Of a stretch of DNA of 64,000 bases, positions 7,069 to 17,824 are shown piece after piece. The DNA is from a virus, in the IMG/VR virus record IMGVR_UViG_3300025115_000004, positions 14,045 through 78,044 of that record. The stretch is one strand, 5' to 3'. Every line of letters starts with the position of its first letter. Position 1 is the stretch's first letter. Under the pieces are notes generated by a model. The model had not been told where the DNA came from, ran no database searches, and saw only the letters and a program-made list of their open reading frames with translations. The position numbers were made by a program, and so were the translations under genes.

Positions 7069-9337
7069 GAAGTATTTAAACTATCTCTACAAACAATATC
7101 AGAAAGGCCTGATAGGGCAGGATAAGCTTGAAGAGCTTAGACGGGAGGGTTATATCAAAGATGATGAACCTAAGGATGATCCAATCTCTCCAGAATTAAA
7201 ACGAAGGGTACGTGAATTATCTTGGGACCAGTCCATGGACCCATTCTTGTCTTATGATACTACACATTTCAAGTATAAACAGGAGATACGTAAAGATGAT
7301 TGGTTGCCTGTAAGTGTTACCAGTCATGAGCAAGATTTTATAGACTGGATCAATTCTATGACTTATGGCTTCTTTCCTCACAGGATAGACTATAAGAAGT
7401 TCATTATGTATAAGGTTCAGGCTTATAGATGGTTACTGGATGATGACAACATAACAAGTTATCATACTGACGAGAGCCGCAGGGACTTTGTAAAGAGAGA
7501 GTATGACCGGTGTGCAGAGAATAGTCTTTATTTTGTGGATCGTTATGGGGAACTGAAAGAAGGTGATATCTCTTCAGGGTATGTGAAATATACGGCCAGA
7601 GAGCATCATGCTGTTATCTGTTATCTGTTTGATTGTGGTTACAATGTGATAGGTGGTAAAGGGAGGCAGATAGGATTTACTTCTATTATGGGGTTGTTGG
7701 CTGTTAAAAAGTTGATATTCCAATCCAATTACTATATAAAGTTTGTGACAGAGGATAAAGAGACTGGTATAGAGATATTTACAGATAAGATTAAGTACCC
7801 ATTCGGAGCTCTCCCCAGATGGATGCGCCCCAAGGTTAAGAGTGATAGTGGTACCCGGTTCTGGCTTTCTGACAAGATTCGTAAGGGGGAGAAAGGTTAC
7901 CCCAATTCAAGGATTGATGTTATAGCCCCTAAGAATACTGCAATAAACGGAGGATCTCCTCAGCTGGTTCTTATAGACGAGATTGGTAACATAGGTATTC
8001 TTGGAGCTATGCTAAATGAAGGCCGTCCTACCATGTTTTGGAATAACCCTAAGACAGGTAAATTTGAGTTGAAGCGTCAGGTATGGATGTGGGGAACTGG
8101 AGGTAAGATGGAGAAAGGTGGGGGAGAGTATGAGAAAGAGTGGTACAGGATCTTAGGTTTGTGGGAAGCTAAGTCTAACCATAGTGGTTTTGTTCCTCTG
8201 TTCTTTAGTTGGCATTGTCGATTTGATGTTACAGAGTATGAGAAGGAGAAATCATGGTATTATGGAGCACGAGCTCAGAAAGAAGATATAGATCTAGAGA
8301 CATCCAAGACACAATTTCACCAGCACTACCCATCTACATTTAATGATATGTTCCTTAAGACTGCCAGTACTTTGGTATCTCGGGAAATCATTGAAAGCGG
8401 TATAGACAGGTGTAGGAAGGTACCTGCCGATCTTCGTCCTGTATATGGCTACTTTGAGCCTGTATTTGATGAGAGTGATCCAATGCCTCCGGAGAGCGAT
8501 GTACCTTACAGGATAATAGGTGCTAGGTTTGTGCCTGTATCTGATGAGGATATTAAGAAAGCCTCTGTTATCATATTTCAGCGTCCGGAACCCGGATGGC
8601 GACACAGATATTGGAAAGGTAGTGACCCAATAGCTACAGAGACAGGGCATTCTAAGTTTGCTTCAGTAATCTGGGATGATCTATACAAGACTATATCGGC
8701 TCTAGTCTTTTACCGCGTACAGCATGATCATAAGTATACTTTTCTACAGGTACTATTGTTGGGGCTGTATTATGGTATGTCTTCTGACGGATCTGTGGAT
8801 ATAAAGGAGTTGGTAGAGGCAAACATCGGTACCAACTATATAGACTACACGGAGACCAAAGGATATTTTCATACTCTCGTTTTCAACTCTCAACTTCCTA
8901 CTAAGGTTGCGGGAGGTACCCGGCTTATAGGTATTGACAACAAGGGTACGAGGGCTGATGCTATTATCGATTACATGACGGAGGTGATAAGAGCTTACCA
9001 TGATAGGTTTTATATATCTCTGATATTCGAACAGTTACATACTTTTGTACAGAAGAAGACAACTTCTGGTAAGGAGGTATGGGGGGTGGTCAATAAGACC
9101 ATGCACTATGATGACGTGTTGTACGCCTTGGTTTATGCATACATATGCCGGTTATCTCACATGCATCTTTCTCCAACAAGGGAGGTGGCTTCTACCACGA
9201 GGTTTAAGGTTAGATATAAATTAGTTAGGAACGCTGCCAATGAGGTAGTAAGAGTTCCTGTCAAAGTACCTATATATGAGACTGTTACAGGTGCATCGCC
9301 ATTAAATATTGATATATATGAAAATACGTCTGTTTGA
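7046..9337 (+). CDS. terL: Terminase large subunit
   Basis: Walker A GKGRQIGFTS, Walker B LVLIDE, nuclease GSDP and HYDD; position before portal. Confidence 0.92.
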   Translation: MATTKAREKYLNYLYKQYQKGLIGQDKLEELRREGYIKDDEPKDDPISPELKRRVRELSWDQSMDPFLSYDTTHFKYKQEIRKDDWLPVSVTSHEQDFIDWINSMTYGFFPHRIDYKKFIMYKVQAYRWLLDDDNITSYHTDESRRDFVKREYDRCAENSLYFVDRYGELKEGDISSGYVKYTAREHHAVICYLFDCGYNVIGGKGRQIGFTSIMGLLAVKKLIFQSNYYIKFVTEDKETGIEIFTDKIKYPFGALPRWMRPKVKSDSGTRFWLSDKIRKGEKGYPNSRIDVIAPKNTAINGGSPQLVLIDEIGNIGILGAMLNEGRPTMFWNNPKTGKFELKRQVWMWGTGGKMEKGGGEYEKEWYRILGLWEAKSNHSGFVPLFFSWHCRFDVTEYEKEKSWYYGARAQKEDIDLETSKTQFHQHYPSTFNDMFLKTASTLVSREIIESGIDRCRKVPADLRPVYGYFEPVFDESDPMPPESDVPYRIIGARFVPVSDEDIKKASVIIFQRPEPGWRHRYWKGSDPIATETGHSKFASVIWDDLYKTISALVFYRVQHDHKYTFLQVLLLGLYYGMSSDGSVDIKELVEANIGTNYIDYTETKGYFHTLVFNSQLPTKVAGGTRLIGIDNKGTRADAIIDYMTEVIRAYHDRFYISLIFEQLHTFVQKKTTSGKEVWGVVNKTMHYDDVLYALVYAYICRLSHMHLSPTREVASTTRFKVRYKLVRNAANEVVRVPVKVPIYETVTGASPLNIDIYENTSV

Positions 9338-9914
9338 TCCTACCGTGGTTGCTCCTGAGGAGTATCGTCATAAGTATCCGGAGATAGATAGAATTCCGGA
9401 ATTCAATGATTTGTCTGCTAGGGCTCTAGTTTTTATATGGTGGTATGCTAACCCTACTTCTCCTCTTGTGTTATCGATCATAGATGATTATGAGCGGGTT
9501 GAGGCTGCTATGAAGATATCAAAATTTAATCCCGGTAAGGGGGAAAAGGAAAAAATATTATCTTTGCAATTTGAGAACAATATGGCAATAGCCATAGATA
9601 AGATGTCTCAATTTGACCCCGGTATCCGCTACAAGGGATATAAAATGATAAAAACATTATTTGAGCAGTACGAGGGGATCATTGCAAAGGGTACTGACGC
9701 TTTCAAGGTTGTTGAGGGTAAAGGAGATAATCAGGTATCTTATATTGACTATAAGAAATTTGTAGATACAAGCTCTAAGGTAGTTGAGGTTATGCCAGAT
9801 CTTATTCAGAAGTTAGAGGAAGGTTTTGGGGTAATTGAAGCTAAGGATGAGGATGAGGATGATGGTTCTGGCGGTGTTCTTAGGGATTGGCACCGTAGTC
9901 GTAGTGATGAATAA
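9318..9914 (+). CDS. Terminase-adjacent hypothetical protein (possible small subunit)
   Basis: Helical ~200-aa ORF between TerL and portal; function inferred from position only. Confidence 0.6.
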   Translation: MKIRLFDPTVVAPEEYRHKYPEIDRIPEFNDLSARALVFIWWYANPTSPLVLSIIDDYERVEAAMKISKFNPGKGEKEKILSLQFENNMAIAIDKMSQFDPGIRYKGYKMIKTLFEQYEGIIAKGTDAFKVVEGKGDNQVSYIDYKKFVDTSSKVVEVMPDLIQKLEEGFGVIEAKDEDEDDGSGGVLRDWHRSRSDE

Positions 9915-9928
9915 TAAAATACTTTGAT

Positions 9929-12118
9929 ATGATACAGTTACTTACAAGCCCGGCAGAGAGACCTAATAGGATCGAGACTCCGGAAGTGTTAAAGGGTGAA
10001 GAATATCACCTGAGGTATGCTAGGTGGGCCGTATGGACTGGTTCCTCCACGAAACATTCTAAATATGTTAATGATTATGACACTAACTTGAAGTTTTATA
10101 AAGACGATCAGTGGTGTATGGATGAGGATCTGGATGCTTTCTTCAAGGATGAGGCGGGTAATGATCGTAACCGATTAAAGGTTACCCGTAATTACGTTCA
10201 ACCTATGGTGGAGCAGTATAGAGGTAACGCAGAGCGTATGACTTTTGATATGAAGGCTATCAATATATCCCCATTAGCCAAAAGCCGAAGAGATAAGGCC
10301 TTAGCCAGAGCTTTGTCTTATAATCATATAGCTAGGACTTTACCGGGTTACGAGTCTCATCTTCAGGAGAGCAATGTCCCAATAGGTAATGACACTCAGG
10401 TTACTGATGTTTTTAATAATCTATATGTCGATAATTACACCATAGCACTTAACAGAATCCTTAAGCATGGTAAGGACGTTAATAGGTTTGATGAAGCTAA
10501 ATCATTATACGCTAGGGACTTAGCCTTAGCTGGTGTAGCTATAGCTAAACCTTATCCTCATGGTGGTGAGTGGATGTTTAAGAGGGTCTCTCCAGATCGA
10601 TTCGGGTGGGATCGTAATGCTCAGGACCCCACTTTGAGGGATGCTGAATATTTCTTTGAACAGGACATTATTCCTACTCCTTCTATATTCGAACTTTATC
10701 AACATATACCTCACAATGTAAGGAAGGCTATTGAACAGCAGGCTACTTCTGTTGTAGGATCTACGGCTTCTATAGGTAATAAGTTTTTCTCTTTAGGTAG
10801 GACCCCGGTTTATACATCTGTATGGAAAGATATCATATACGAGAAGTATGGGTATGTGATGGATGAGTACGGCCAGAGGATATTGGTAAGAATCGATTAT
10901 ATTGAACCTAATCAGACTGAGCCCAAGTATAAAGAGAAGGATCTTATACCTCTAGAGAAGCTTACTGAATATCAGAAGAAAGTATTGAAAGGAGGTAATA
11001 CGGCTTATCTTTATGTAGATCATTGGAGGTATTGTACATTCATCCCGGGAGAAGTTATACCGGTTAAAGACGCTAGGGGGCGTATCATGGATGTGGCTTT
11101 GGACTATGGCGTTATTCCTTATCAGGAGCCTGATCTTTATAAGCCTACTAATATGGTGCCACCGTATAAAGTGGGGATATGGTCGTATATTGACGGAGAG
11201 GTTTTGTCTCCTGTGTCTGTGGTCATTAACCCTCAAAGGATGATAAACCGGTTTCTCTCTGTTATGGAGAATCATATAAACAATTCGGGGGGTTCTGGTG
11301 TGGTTTATGATAAGGACCTGACAGGAACCTCGCAGGAGGACGATATAAAAGCTGCTGTAAGTAGGGGCGAGGCTATAGGAGTGCATGCTAAGGGTAGGGG
11401 GGTAAACAATGTATTTGGTAGGTACGACAGTACTGTGAAGGAATCTATAGTGGCTTTTTCATCTTTGATTGAGAATTTTAAGTTAGGGATAGAACAGGTC
11501 ACTGGGGTGAATGAGGGGGTTAAAGGGGAAACCAATAATCCTGATCAGTTGGTTGGGGTTATGCAGCTTATGATTCAACGCGGATTAATCATACAGGAAC
11601 CATTCTATAAAGCTTTATCTGATCTTTATCAGGGATGTTATCAGAGCATAGCCTCTTCGGGTAGGAGGTATTATATCGATAATGAGGTAGAACTTATGGA
11701 TATAGTGGGAGAGGATATGTCTTCAGTTATAAAGTTGTCTAAGGATATGCGTAATGAATCTATGCGCGTTACGGTTGTTCGTAATATGGATAGAGACAAT
11801 GAGCGTGTGATGGTTGACAGTAATGTGATGACATGGCTTCAGTTTGGTCTTGTGGATCAGGAGCTTGCTAGTAAACTTGTTGGTCGGGCTACCATGGAAG
11901 AAGCTTTATTCCATATGAGAGACTTCCAGAAGCAACTGGCAGTACTTAAGCGTAAACAGCAGCAGGCTGCTGGGCAGGTCGCTCAACAGCAGGCTAACGC
12001 TACTGAGCAGGCTGGAAGGGTTGCCTACGGAGAAAAATTACGAGAGGAAATGAGGGAAGACTTTAATAGAGCCGCTGATAGGGGGGTACAATTAGCCTCT
12101 ACTACTTCAGCGCAATAA
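9929..12118 (+). CDS. Portal protein
   Basis: 729 aa; FY..DQW, NYVQPMVEQYRG, QRMINR, EQVTGVNE; Gln-rich C-terminal coiled coil like P22-type portals. Confidence 0.88.
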   Translation: MIQLLTSPAERPNRIETPEVLKGEEYHLRYARWAVWTGSSTKHSKYVNDYDTNLKFYKDDQWCMDEDLDAFFKDEAGNDRNRLKVTRNYVQPMVEQYRGNAERMTFDMKAINISPLAKSRRDKALARALSYNHIARTLPGYESHLQESNVPIGNDTQVTDVFNNLYVDNYTIALNRILKHGKDVNRFDEAKSLYARDLALAGVAIAKPYPHGGEWMFKRVSPDRFGWDRNAQDPTLRDAEYFFEQDIIPTPSIFELYQHIPHNVRKAIEQQATSVVGSTASIGNKFFSLGRTPVYTSVWKDIIYEKYGYVMDEYGQRILVRIDYIEPNQTEPKYKEKDLIPLEKLTEYQKKVLKGGNTAYLYVDHWRYCTFIPGEVIPVKDARGRIMDVALDYGVIPYQEPDLYKPTNMVPPYKVGIWSYIDGEVLSPVSVVINPQRMINRFLSVMENHINNSGGSGVVYDKDLTGTSQEDDIKAAVSRGEAIGVHAKGRGVNNVFGRYDSTVKESIVAFSSLIENFKLGIEQVTGVNEGVKGETNNPDQLVGVMQLMIQRGLIIQEPFYKALSDLYQGCYQSIASSGRRYYIDNEVELMDIVGEDMSSVIKLSKDMRNESMRVTVVRNMDRDNERVMVDSNVMTWLQFGLVDQELASKLVGRATMEEALFHMRDFQKQLAVLKRKQQQAAGQVAQQQANATEQAGRVAYGEKLREEMREDFNRAADRGVQLASTTSAQ

Positions 12119-12143
12119 ACTTTTTTGTAAAAAGCAACAATAT

Positions 12144-12178
12144 TTTGCTTGTATAATGCAGAATAATAAGTATTTTTG
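12144..12178 (+). promoter_or_regulatory. Bacteroidota promoter for the scaffold/capsid genes
   Basis: TTTG at 12144 and TATTTTTG at 12171. Confidence 0.6.
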
Positions 12179-12247
12179 TCATTGATAATAAGTAGGTTAT
12201 ATAAAAAATTACCTAAAAAATTAAGTAACCAATTAAAGTAATTAGCT

Positions 12248-13372
12248 ATGCAAAATCAAGCACCAAGGACTGCAAGTCCATCAGACATGATTAATGCTAC
12301 GCAGGGGATAGTACCTGCGAGTAAGGCTCCGGCTGCTCCGGCTGCTCCGGCTGCTCCGGCTGCTCCGGCCAATCCACCTAATCCTCCGGCTAATCCTCCG
12401 GCTAATCCTCCGACCCCTCCGGCTAATCCAGCTAATCCAACTCCCGTGGTGGTTACAACTCCTTTTGGTTCAGATACTTTTGGTGTTCCCGGTGGTCCAA
12501 CGGCTCCTGTGAAGTTAGCTTCATTTGCTGATGTTCAGGCTTATGCCAAAGATGTTGCGGGAGTTGAGTTGAAGGATGTAACTGATCTTGCTCCGGTATT
12601 ACAGGAGTGGGTATCATTGAAGAGAACCAGTCAGGAGATACCTGTTATACAACAGAAGCTACAAGGGTATGAGAATGTATTCAAGAATCTTCCTGATGAC
12701 GTATCCCTTATAGTTACAGCGGCTATTCAGGGACAGGACTACATGCCTATAGTCAACAAACTCAGCCAGAAGGCTTCTTTAGATCTGGATAAGACTTTTG
12801 AGTCACACGATCCTATCCGTTTGGTAAATCACTATACAGGAAACAGTTATACAAGAGAGTCTTTCGAGGCTCTGGAGGGTAATGTTAAAAATGCTCTTAT
12901 AGATTCTGCTAAGATCAAATACTCTGCAGATAAGGACGACTATGTCAGGACAATAAATAATGCTAAGGCTACCAGCCAAGCTAAGAGTGCTGCCTTTACA
13001 TCGTCAATTGAAACGTCCATCGCTAATATGGTTACAGCTAATCCTAATATGGATAAGGCTGTCGTAGACAGGGTGAGACAGATCATGACCATGGGTTTCG
13101 CGGATGCTCTGTTTAGTTCGGACAAGTCAGGTTATCTGCCTGAGGCTGCTGAAAAGATCGCTATGATGGAGTTCGGTAAGCAGGCTATTCAGGTCCAGAG
13201 GAAGACCATAGGAGAACTCGTAGCTAAGGCTCAGAATGCTGGAGCTACAGCTGCTACAGAGCAGATATTCTTTAGAAGTGATAAACCCGGAATGCCTTCT
13301 GGGGGACCTGTAGATCCTAACATGGTTGCTACGGTCGTTAAGCAGGCTACTGGATTTTTGAATGCACGATAG
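12248..13372 (+). CDS. Putative capsid scaffold/assembly protein with Pro-Ala-Asn repeats
   Basis: Between portal and MCP; five GCTCCGGCT units at 12326-12370. Confidence 0.7.
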   Translation: MQNQAPRTASPSDMINATQGIVPASKAPAAPAAPAAPAAPANPPNPPANPPANPPTPPANPANPTPVVVTTPFGSDTFGVPGGPTAPVKLASFADVQAYAKDVAGVELKDVTDLAPVLQEWVSLKRTSQEIPVIQQKLQGYENVFKNLPDDVSLIVTAAIQGQDYMPIVNKLSQKASLDLDKTFESHDPIRLVNHYTGNSYTRESFEALEGNVKNALIDSAKIKYSADKDDYVRTINNAKATSQAKSAAFTSSIETSIANMVTANPNMDKAVVDRVRQIMTMGFADALFSSDKSGYLPEAAEKIAMMEFGKQAIQVQRKTIGELVAKAQNAGATAATEQIFFRSDKPGMPSGGPVDPNMVATVVKQATGFLNAR

Positions 13373-13399
13373 TTATTAACTTTTTTAATTTTTTAGGTA

Positions 13400-14716
13400 A
13401 TGCCCGATCCTTTTAACACACAGAATGCATACGTAGCAGTGCCGTCACCGGTACAGCCTACGAATGTACAGAGCCCCGCGCCTTGGAATCTTAATGCCGA
13501 TGGCTCTGAGTATGCTGCAGCGTATGGTTATGATACTACTTCGCTGATTAAGAGGGCTATTGCAGAAGCCATCTATGATGCTGTTCCTGCAAAATATAAA
13601 GCCCTTAGACTTCTCTTCGACAGGCCTATAGACTATGAGGCCAGTGATGTATTCACCTACATGGAAAAGACCTTTGGTCGTACCGCTCTTCGTGACTCTG
13701 GTGGAGGTGTTGCGGGTGGAGCAACTCAGACTATAACCCTGACTACGGGGGGAGGTAAGAACGTAACCATGAACAAAATCATTGTTTACCCAAACAACCG
13801 TAAGGGTATCGTTACCGGTGTTACAGGTGATCAGATAACAGTGAAGAGGTTTAATGGTGAGTCTAACCTTCCTACAGTTAACGCGGGAGACTATTTCTCT
13901 ATTCAGGGATCGGTTATAGCTGACGGTATGAACTTCCTTACTCACTATGACAGGATGTCTAAAATTGAGCGTTTCAATTACGTTCAGCTTATGCATCGTG
14001 ATAAGAGGTGGACGAGGAAAGAAATGCAGAAGTTTGCCAACCTTGGTACCACCAATTACTTTGAACTGGATAAGAAAGAACAGATGGATCTCCTGCTCGG
14101 GGATATGTTTGCCTCTTTCTGGAACGGTCAGAGGGGTGAGGTTGATGTAACTGTTCCGGGTACAGCTAACGTGTATAAGGCCATGACTATGGGTGGGCTA
14201 TTCCCTCTTATGGTTGCTGCTGGTTGCGCTAATGCTACCGGAGTTACAGAGGCTACCTTGCAGGCTGCTTTTGAGAATCTGGCTTTCCAGACTGACTACA
14301 AGTCAGAGGGTGGTGTACGGTTCATATTTGCCCAGAACTCCTTGCTTTATGCTCTGTCAAAGGCATGGAAAGAGACAGGTATCCGTTATACTCCTAATGA
14401 TAAGATAGGTGATCTCAACCTTATGGAGTACCGTATTGGTGATATGAGGTTTGTTCCGGTTGCTACAGAACTCTTCAAGGAGCTCTCTATGTTCCCGGCC
14501 GATTTCAAGAACAGGATACTTGTTCTGGACCTCGACACTATCAAACCGGTCTGTATGAGGGGTTATGAGCCTATCGAAATGGGTCAGACTAGTCCTAAGG
14601 GTGTGAATGGTAGCATCAATGACTACACCGAGTGGTGGATTCAGGGTATGCTGTCCCTTAAATTCAACAACCCTCTCAGTTCATTCTACATTGATACCGT
14701 AGGTATTGCCGCTTAA
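13400..14716 (+). CDS. Major capsid protein (HK97 fold)
   Basis: 438 aa; NYVQL..R, F..GQRGE, TMGGL; followed by a strong terminator. Confidence 0.85.
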   Translation: MPDPFNTQNAYVAVPSPVQPTNVQSPAPWNLNADGSEYAAAYGYDTTSLIKRAIAEAIYDAVPAKYKALRLLFDRPIDYEASDVFTYMEKTFGRTALRDSGGGVAGGATQTITLTTGGGKNVTMNKIIVYPNNRKGIVTGVTGDQITVKRFNGESNLPTVNAGDYFSIQGSVIADGMNFLTHYDRMSKIERFNYVQLMHRDKRWTRKEMQKFANLGTTNYFELDKKEQMDLLLGDMFASFWNGQRGEVDVTVPGTANVYKAMTMGGLFPLMVAAGCANATGVTEATLQAAFENLAFQTDYKSEGGVRFIFAQNSLLYALSKAWKETGIRYTPNDKIGDLNLMEYRIGDMRFVPVATELFKELSMFPADFKNRILVLDLDTIKPVCMRGYEPIEMGQTSPKGVNGSINDYTEWWIQGMLSLKFNNPLSSFYIDTVGIAA

Positions 14717-14723
14717 GCATAAC

Positions 14724-14754
14724 GGGGCCGGTAGGTACCGGCCCCATTTTTTTT
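14724..14754 (+). terminator. Rho-independent terminator
   Basis: GGGGCCGGT-AGGT-ACCGGCCCC followed by A and T8. Confidence 0.9.
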
Positions 14755-14784
14755 ATTTTACTAATTTTTCTAAAAACTTTTATC

Positions 14785-15657
14785 ATGCCACCAAAAGGTA
14801 ACAGACTATCAGACGAGCCTCAAAATGGGGTGCCCGGATCAGAAAATGAGAAAGAAAAATCAAATGAGATCGAGGGTAATGAAGTTGTTGCTTCTTTGCA
14901 GGAAGAGTTGAAGAATAAAGAAAAGGCTATTGAGGATCTTCAGGGCCTTATCTTTAAACTTCAGGAAGCCTCTCAGCAGCAAGCATCGGACAAACCTAAG
15001 AAGAGTGATATAGACATTGCTACTCTTCGTCAGCAGGTTGAGTCTTTAACAACACAACTAACAGCTTTATCACAACAGAGGGCTGTAACGACTCCGCAAG
15101 GTGCTCGTGTTCTCTTTCGCGAACCTGTAGCTTCTGATCTTCAGGAGGACAGTGTAACCTTTACCGCTAGGAGTGTTCTATATGTAGTAGGATCATATCG
15201 TGATCACAGGGGTTTGGAGGTTATACCTCCACACAGATTGATAACTTTCAGTTACGCGGCCAGTGATGTTAGGAAAGACGGTCGTGAGGAGGAGATACGT
15301 AACTACTCTCAGTACACTACCAAGCTGAAGACTGAAATTGACTTTTTGAGGAATCACCCTCATTACGGTATAACTTTCTCTGAGAATCTTCATAACATGA
15401 TGCAGGAGGATGTATTGGATATACGGTTCAAGGCTAATGCTGCTAGTCAGTTAGCTGCTCTTCCTCCGGAGGCTATCTTTGAGAGAGCTATGGAATATAA
15501 GATTCCTAATGCTAATCAGAAGTCCGCGGATCAACTTCGTCAGCTTCTTGTGGAGATTATGTCTTCCGAGTTTAAGCAGGCTGAGAAGGATATGCAGGCT
15601 GAGGCTACCAAGAGAAGGGTGATGGCTCTTGCGTCTATAACAGCTAAAGAAGAATAA
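14785..15657 (+). CDS. Hypothetical coiled-coil protein downstream of MCP
   Basis: 290-aa ORF. Confidence 0.75.
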   Translation: MPPKGNRLSDEPQNGVPGSENEKEKSNEIEGNEVVASLQEELKNKEKAIEDLQGLIFKLQEASQQQASDKPKKSDIDIATLRQQVESLTTQLTALSQQRAVTTPQGARVLFREPVASDLQEDSVTFTARSVLYVVGSYRDHRGLEVIPPHRLITFSYAASDVRKDGREEEIRNYSQYTTKLKTEIDFLRNHPHYGITFSENLHNMMQEDVLDIRFKANAASQLAALPPEAIFERAMEYKIPNANQKSADQLRQLLVEIMSSEFKQAEKDMQAEATKRRVMALASITAKEE

Positions 15658-15661
15658 TGCT

Positions 15662-16375
15662 ATGATAACAGCCTCTGAGATATTAAATAGGGTTAAGGCC
15701 CACTTGGATGATCATGATTCTGGGAGATATAATGAGGCTGACGATCTTATACCTGCTCTGAATTCAGCGGTAGAATACTTAACCACAGTATTCTCCGCTG
15801 GTTTCGAGAGGAAGAAAATTTATCCTGAAGTTCTTACCGAGTTGGTGAGGACTCTCATATTACCTGTTGTGGGGAATGGTCAGACTCGGAAGGTAGATAT
15901 TACTTCTGTTTATGCTAGTCTTTGGACTATCATAGGCGTAGATCCTAACCCGCTGGTGACCGGTTCTCCTACTCTTGATGAATCAAGGAACAGATGGGCT
16001 ACCAGACTTACCTTAGAGGAGTGGAACGATAAGGCCGAAGATCCTTTTGCAGCAGGTTCTTTGGTCTCCATACCTGATATGTTTGCTAGAGCTGCTTATA
16101 CTGGTCCCGGGAATTATTTCGGGGCTTATCAGCATATTATGATAAGGCCGGGAGCGATGTTTGATGTAGCTTCTCCGGTAATTGCTTTGTGGTATCTAAG
16201 TAAACCTAGTAAGGTTACTACTAATGCTTCAACTATTGAATTTTCGGTGTCTATGACCAACTGGTTGGTTATGAAGACATTAAATTATATATCTCTCCAA
16301 CATGGTCCTGAGAGTAAATTTGGGCCGGTTACGGAGAAAGAACTTATGTCTTTGATATCTCTGATAAACGCGTAG
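15662..16375 (+). CDS. Ring/adaptor (tail tubular-like) protein 1
   Basis: Helical N-terminus (EILNRVKAHLDD..LN.A) plus beta core; one of three ~240-aa neighbours. Confidence 0.6.
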   Translation: MITASEILNRVKAHLDDHDSGRYNEADDLIPALNSAVEYLTTVFSAGFERKKIYPEVLTELVRTLILPVVGNGQTRKVDITSVYASLWTIIGVDPNPLVTGSPTLDESRNRWATRLTLEEWNDKAEDPFAAGSLVSIPDMFARAAYTGPGNYFGAYQHIMIRPGAMFDVASPVIALWYLSKPSKVTTNASTIEFSVSMTNWLVMKTLNYISLQHGPESKFGPVTEKELMSLISLINA

Positions 16376-16376
16376 T

Positions 16377-17087
16377 ATGAACAATAATGCTACTCTCAGG
16401 TTTGTGGTGTATGATCTCTTAGGAGATTTTAAACAGCTTTATGACGATGCTGATATCAGTCCCTTTAAGATGACCTATTGGGTGCTGGTGCATGCGGATA
16501 GGTTGCGTAAACAGCATATAGAGAAGCACGATGCTAGTGCCTATCTTCAGAGGTTCGATGTACCTGTTAGAGTTAATCCTACTACCGGTCGTAATTATTT
16601 TGAACTGCCCGTGGGTATATATGATATGCCTAACGATGCTGCTATTAAATATATCACCTACGCTCCTGAAATAGACTTACATGTTCCTGTATTGGGTAGT
16701 GTGGTATTTACCCGAACTACCCCCACTAAGGCTAGGCGACTGTATTTCAGAGAAGATGAAAGACCATCTCCTAGTAATCCTTATTTCTATAGGGAGAATA
16801 AGTATGTCATTCTGTTAGGTATAGAACAACTCAACATAACTACCTTAGAGACCGGTCTGATAGGTAACTTGAATCCAGCCGATGTTGATATGGACATAGA
16901 CCAGCCATTTGACTTTCCTCAGGATCTTATACCTGTTCTTAAGAGGCAGGTACTTGATATGGGTAGATTTGTATTAATGCTGCCTAAGGATCTTACAAAT
17001 GATGGTACTGCGTCAGGTATTAAGGATGTACCATCTAACAAATTAATTAGTGTTAACGATATAAGCTCAGAACAAGATGCACGTTAA
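16377..17087 (+). CDS. Ring/adaptor protein 2
   Basis: ATLR..VYD.L, D.PFDFP.DLI motifs reminiscent of crAss-like ring proteins. Confidence 0.6.
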   Translation: MNNNATLRFVVYDLLGDFKQLYDDADISPFKMTYWVLVHADRLRKQHIEKHDASAYLQRFDVPVRVNPTTGRNYFELPVGIYDMPNDAAIKYITYAPEIDLHVPVLGSVVFTRTTPTKARRLYFREDERPSPSNPYFYRENKYVILLGIEQLNITTLETGLIGNLNPADVDMDIDQPFDFPQDLIPVLKRQVLDMGRFVLMLPKDLTNDGTASGIKDVPSNKLISVNDISSEQDAR

Positions 17088-17823
17088 TCCACATAATTTA
17101 TTAAGTATCAGTGAGATACTTGCTGATGTACTGGTAGCTATGAATGATGAGGATCAGGTCATACTGACTCCCGGGTTCTATCGTGCGCAGGTTAAATATG
17201 CGATGGATGAGTTAGGTTTCGATGTGGCGTTCTTACCTCAGGTTGTGGATGAGACTATGCCCATAGACCTGAAGGTAGATATACCTAAAGGTTGTTATAA
17301 TCTGACTGATATTCAAATATATACCGGGACACCTGATGATGTGGGGTATGTGGAGAATGTTTACTGGAAGAAAGGTAGAATGACTCGTGGTGCCGGTACA
17401 GGATATACTTCCTCCGTACATCATCACAACATTAGTGATCCTTTCTTCAGGGTGTCTGTGAGAGAATTTAGTAAGTACTATTTTACTATACAGAATGGTA
17501 TTATACACTTATCAGATTCTTGTGCTGGTTACCCCTATATAAGGATGAAATTTAATGGGTTGGCCTCTCAGCATCTTGATGAGGTTAAAATGGTTCCCCC
17601 CGAGGTCCGTAAGGCTGTTGTGTTGTGGGTTATAGAGAAGTGTGCAAGCTTTCTAAAATCTCGCGATAATAGGTATATGGGGGTACAGAGGGATGCAGCT
17701 ATGCAGTTGGATGAGTATGGTTTTAACGGTGCGTGGCACGAGGCTAAGAGCAGGTTAAGAACGATGGATAAGAAGATATTCAGGGATATGATTTTGTATA
17801 ATTCAAGTTTATTAAGTACATAA
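17077..17823 (+). CDS. Ring/adaptor protein 3
   Basis: SISEIL.D, YFTIQNGIIH; same size and architecture as its neighbours. Confidence 0.6.
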   Translation: MHVNPHNLLSISEILADVLVAMNDEDQVILTPGFYRAQVKYAMDELGFDVAFLPQVVDETMPIDLKVDIPKGCYNLTDIQIYTGTPDDVGYVENVYWKKGRMTRGAGTGYTSSVHHHNISDPFFRVSVREFSKYYFTIQNGIIHLSDSCAGYPYIRMKFNGLASQHLDEVKMVPPEVRKAVVLWVIEKCASFLKSRDNRYMGVQRDAAMQLDEYGFNGAWHEAKSRLRTMDKKIFRDMILYNSSLLST

Positions 17824-17824
17824 T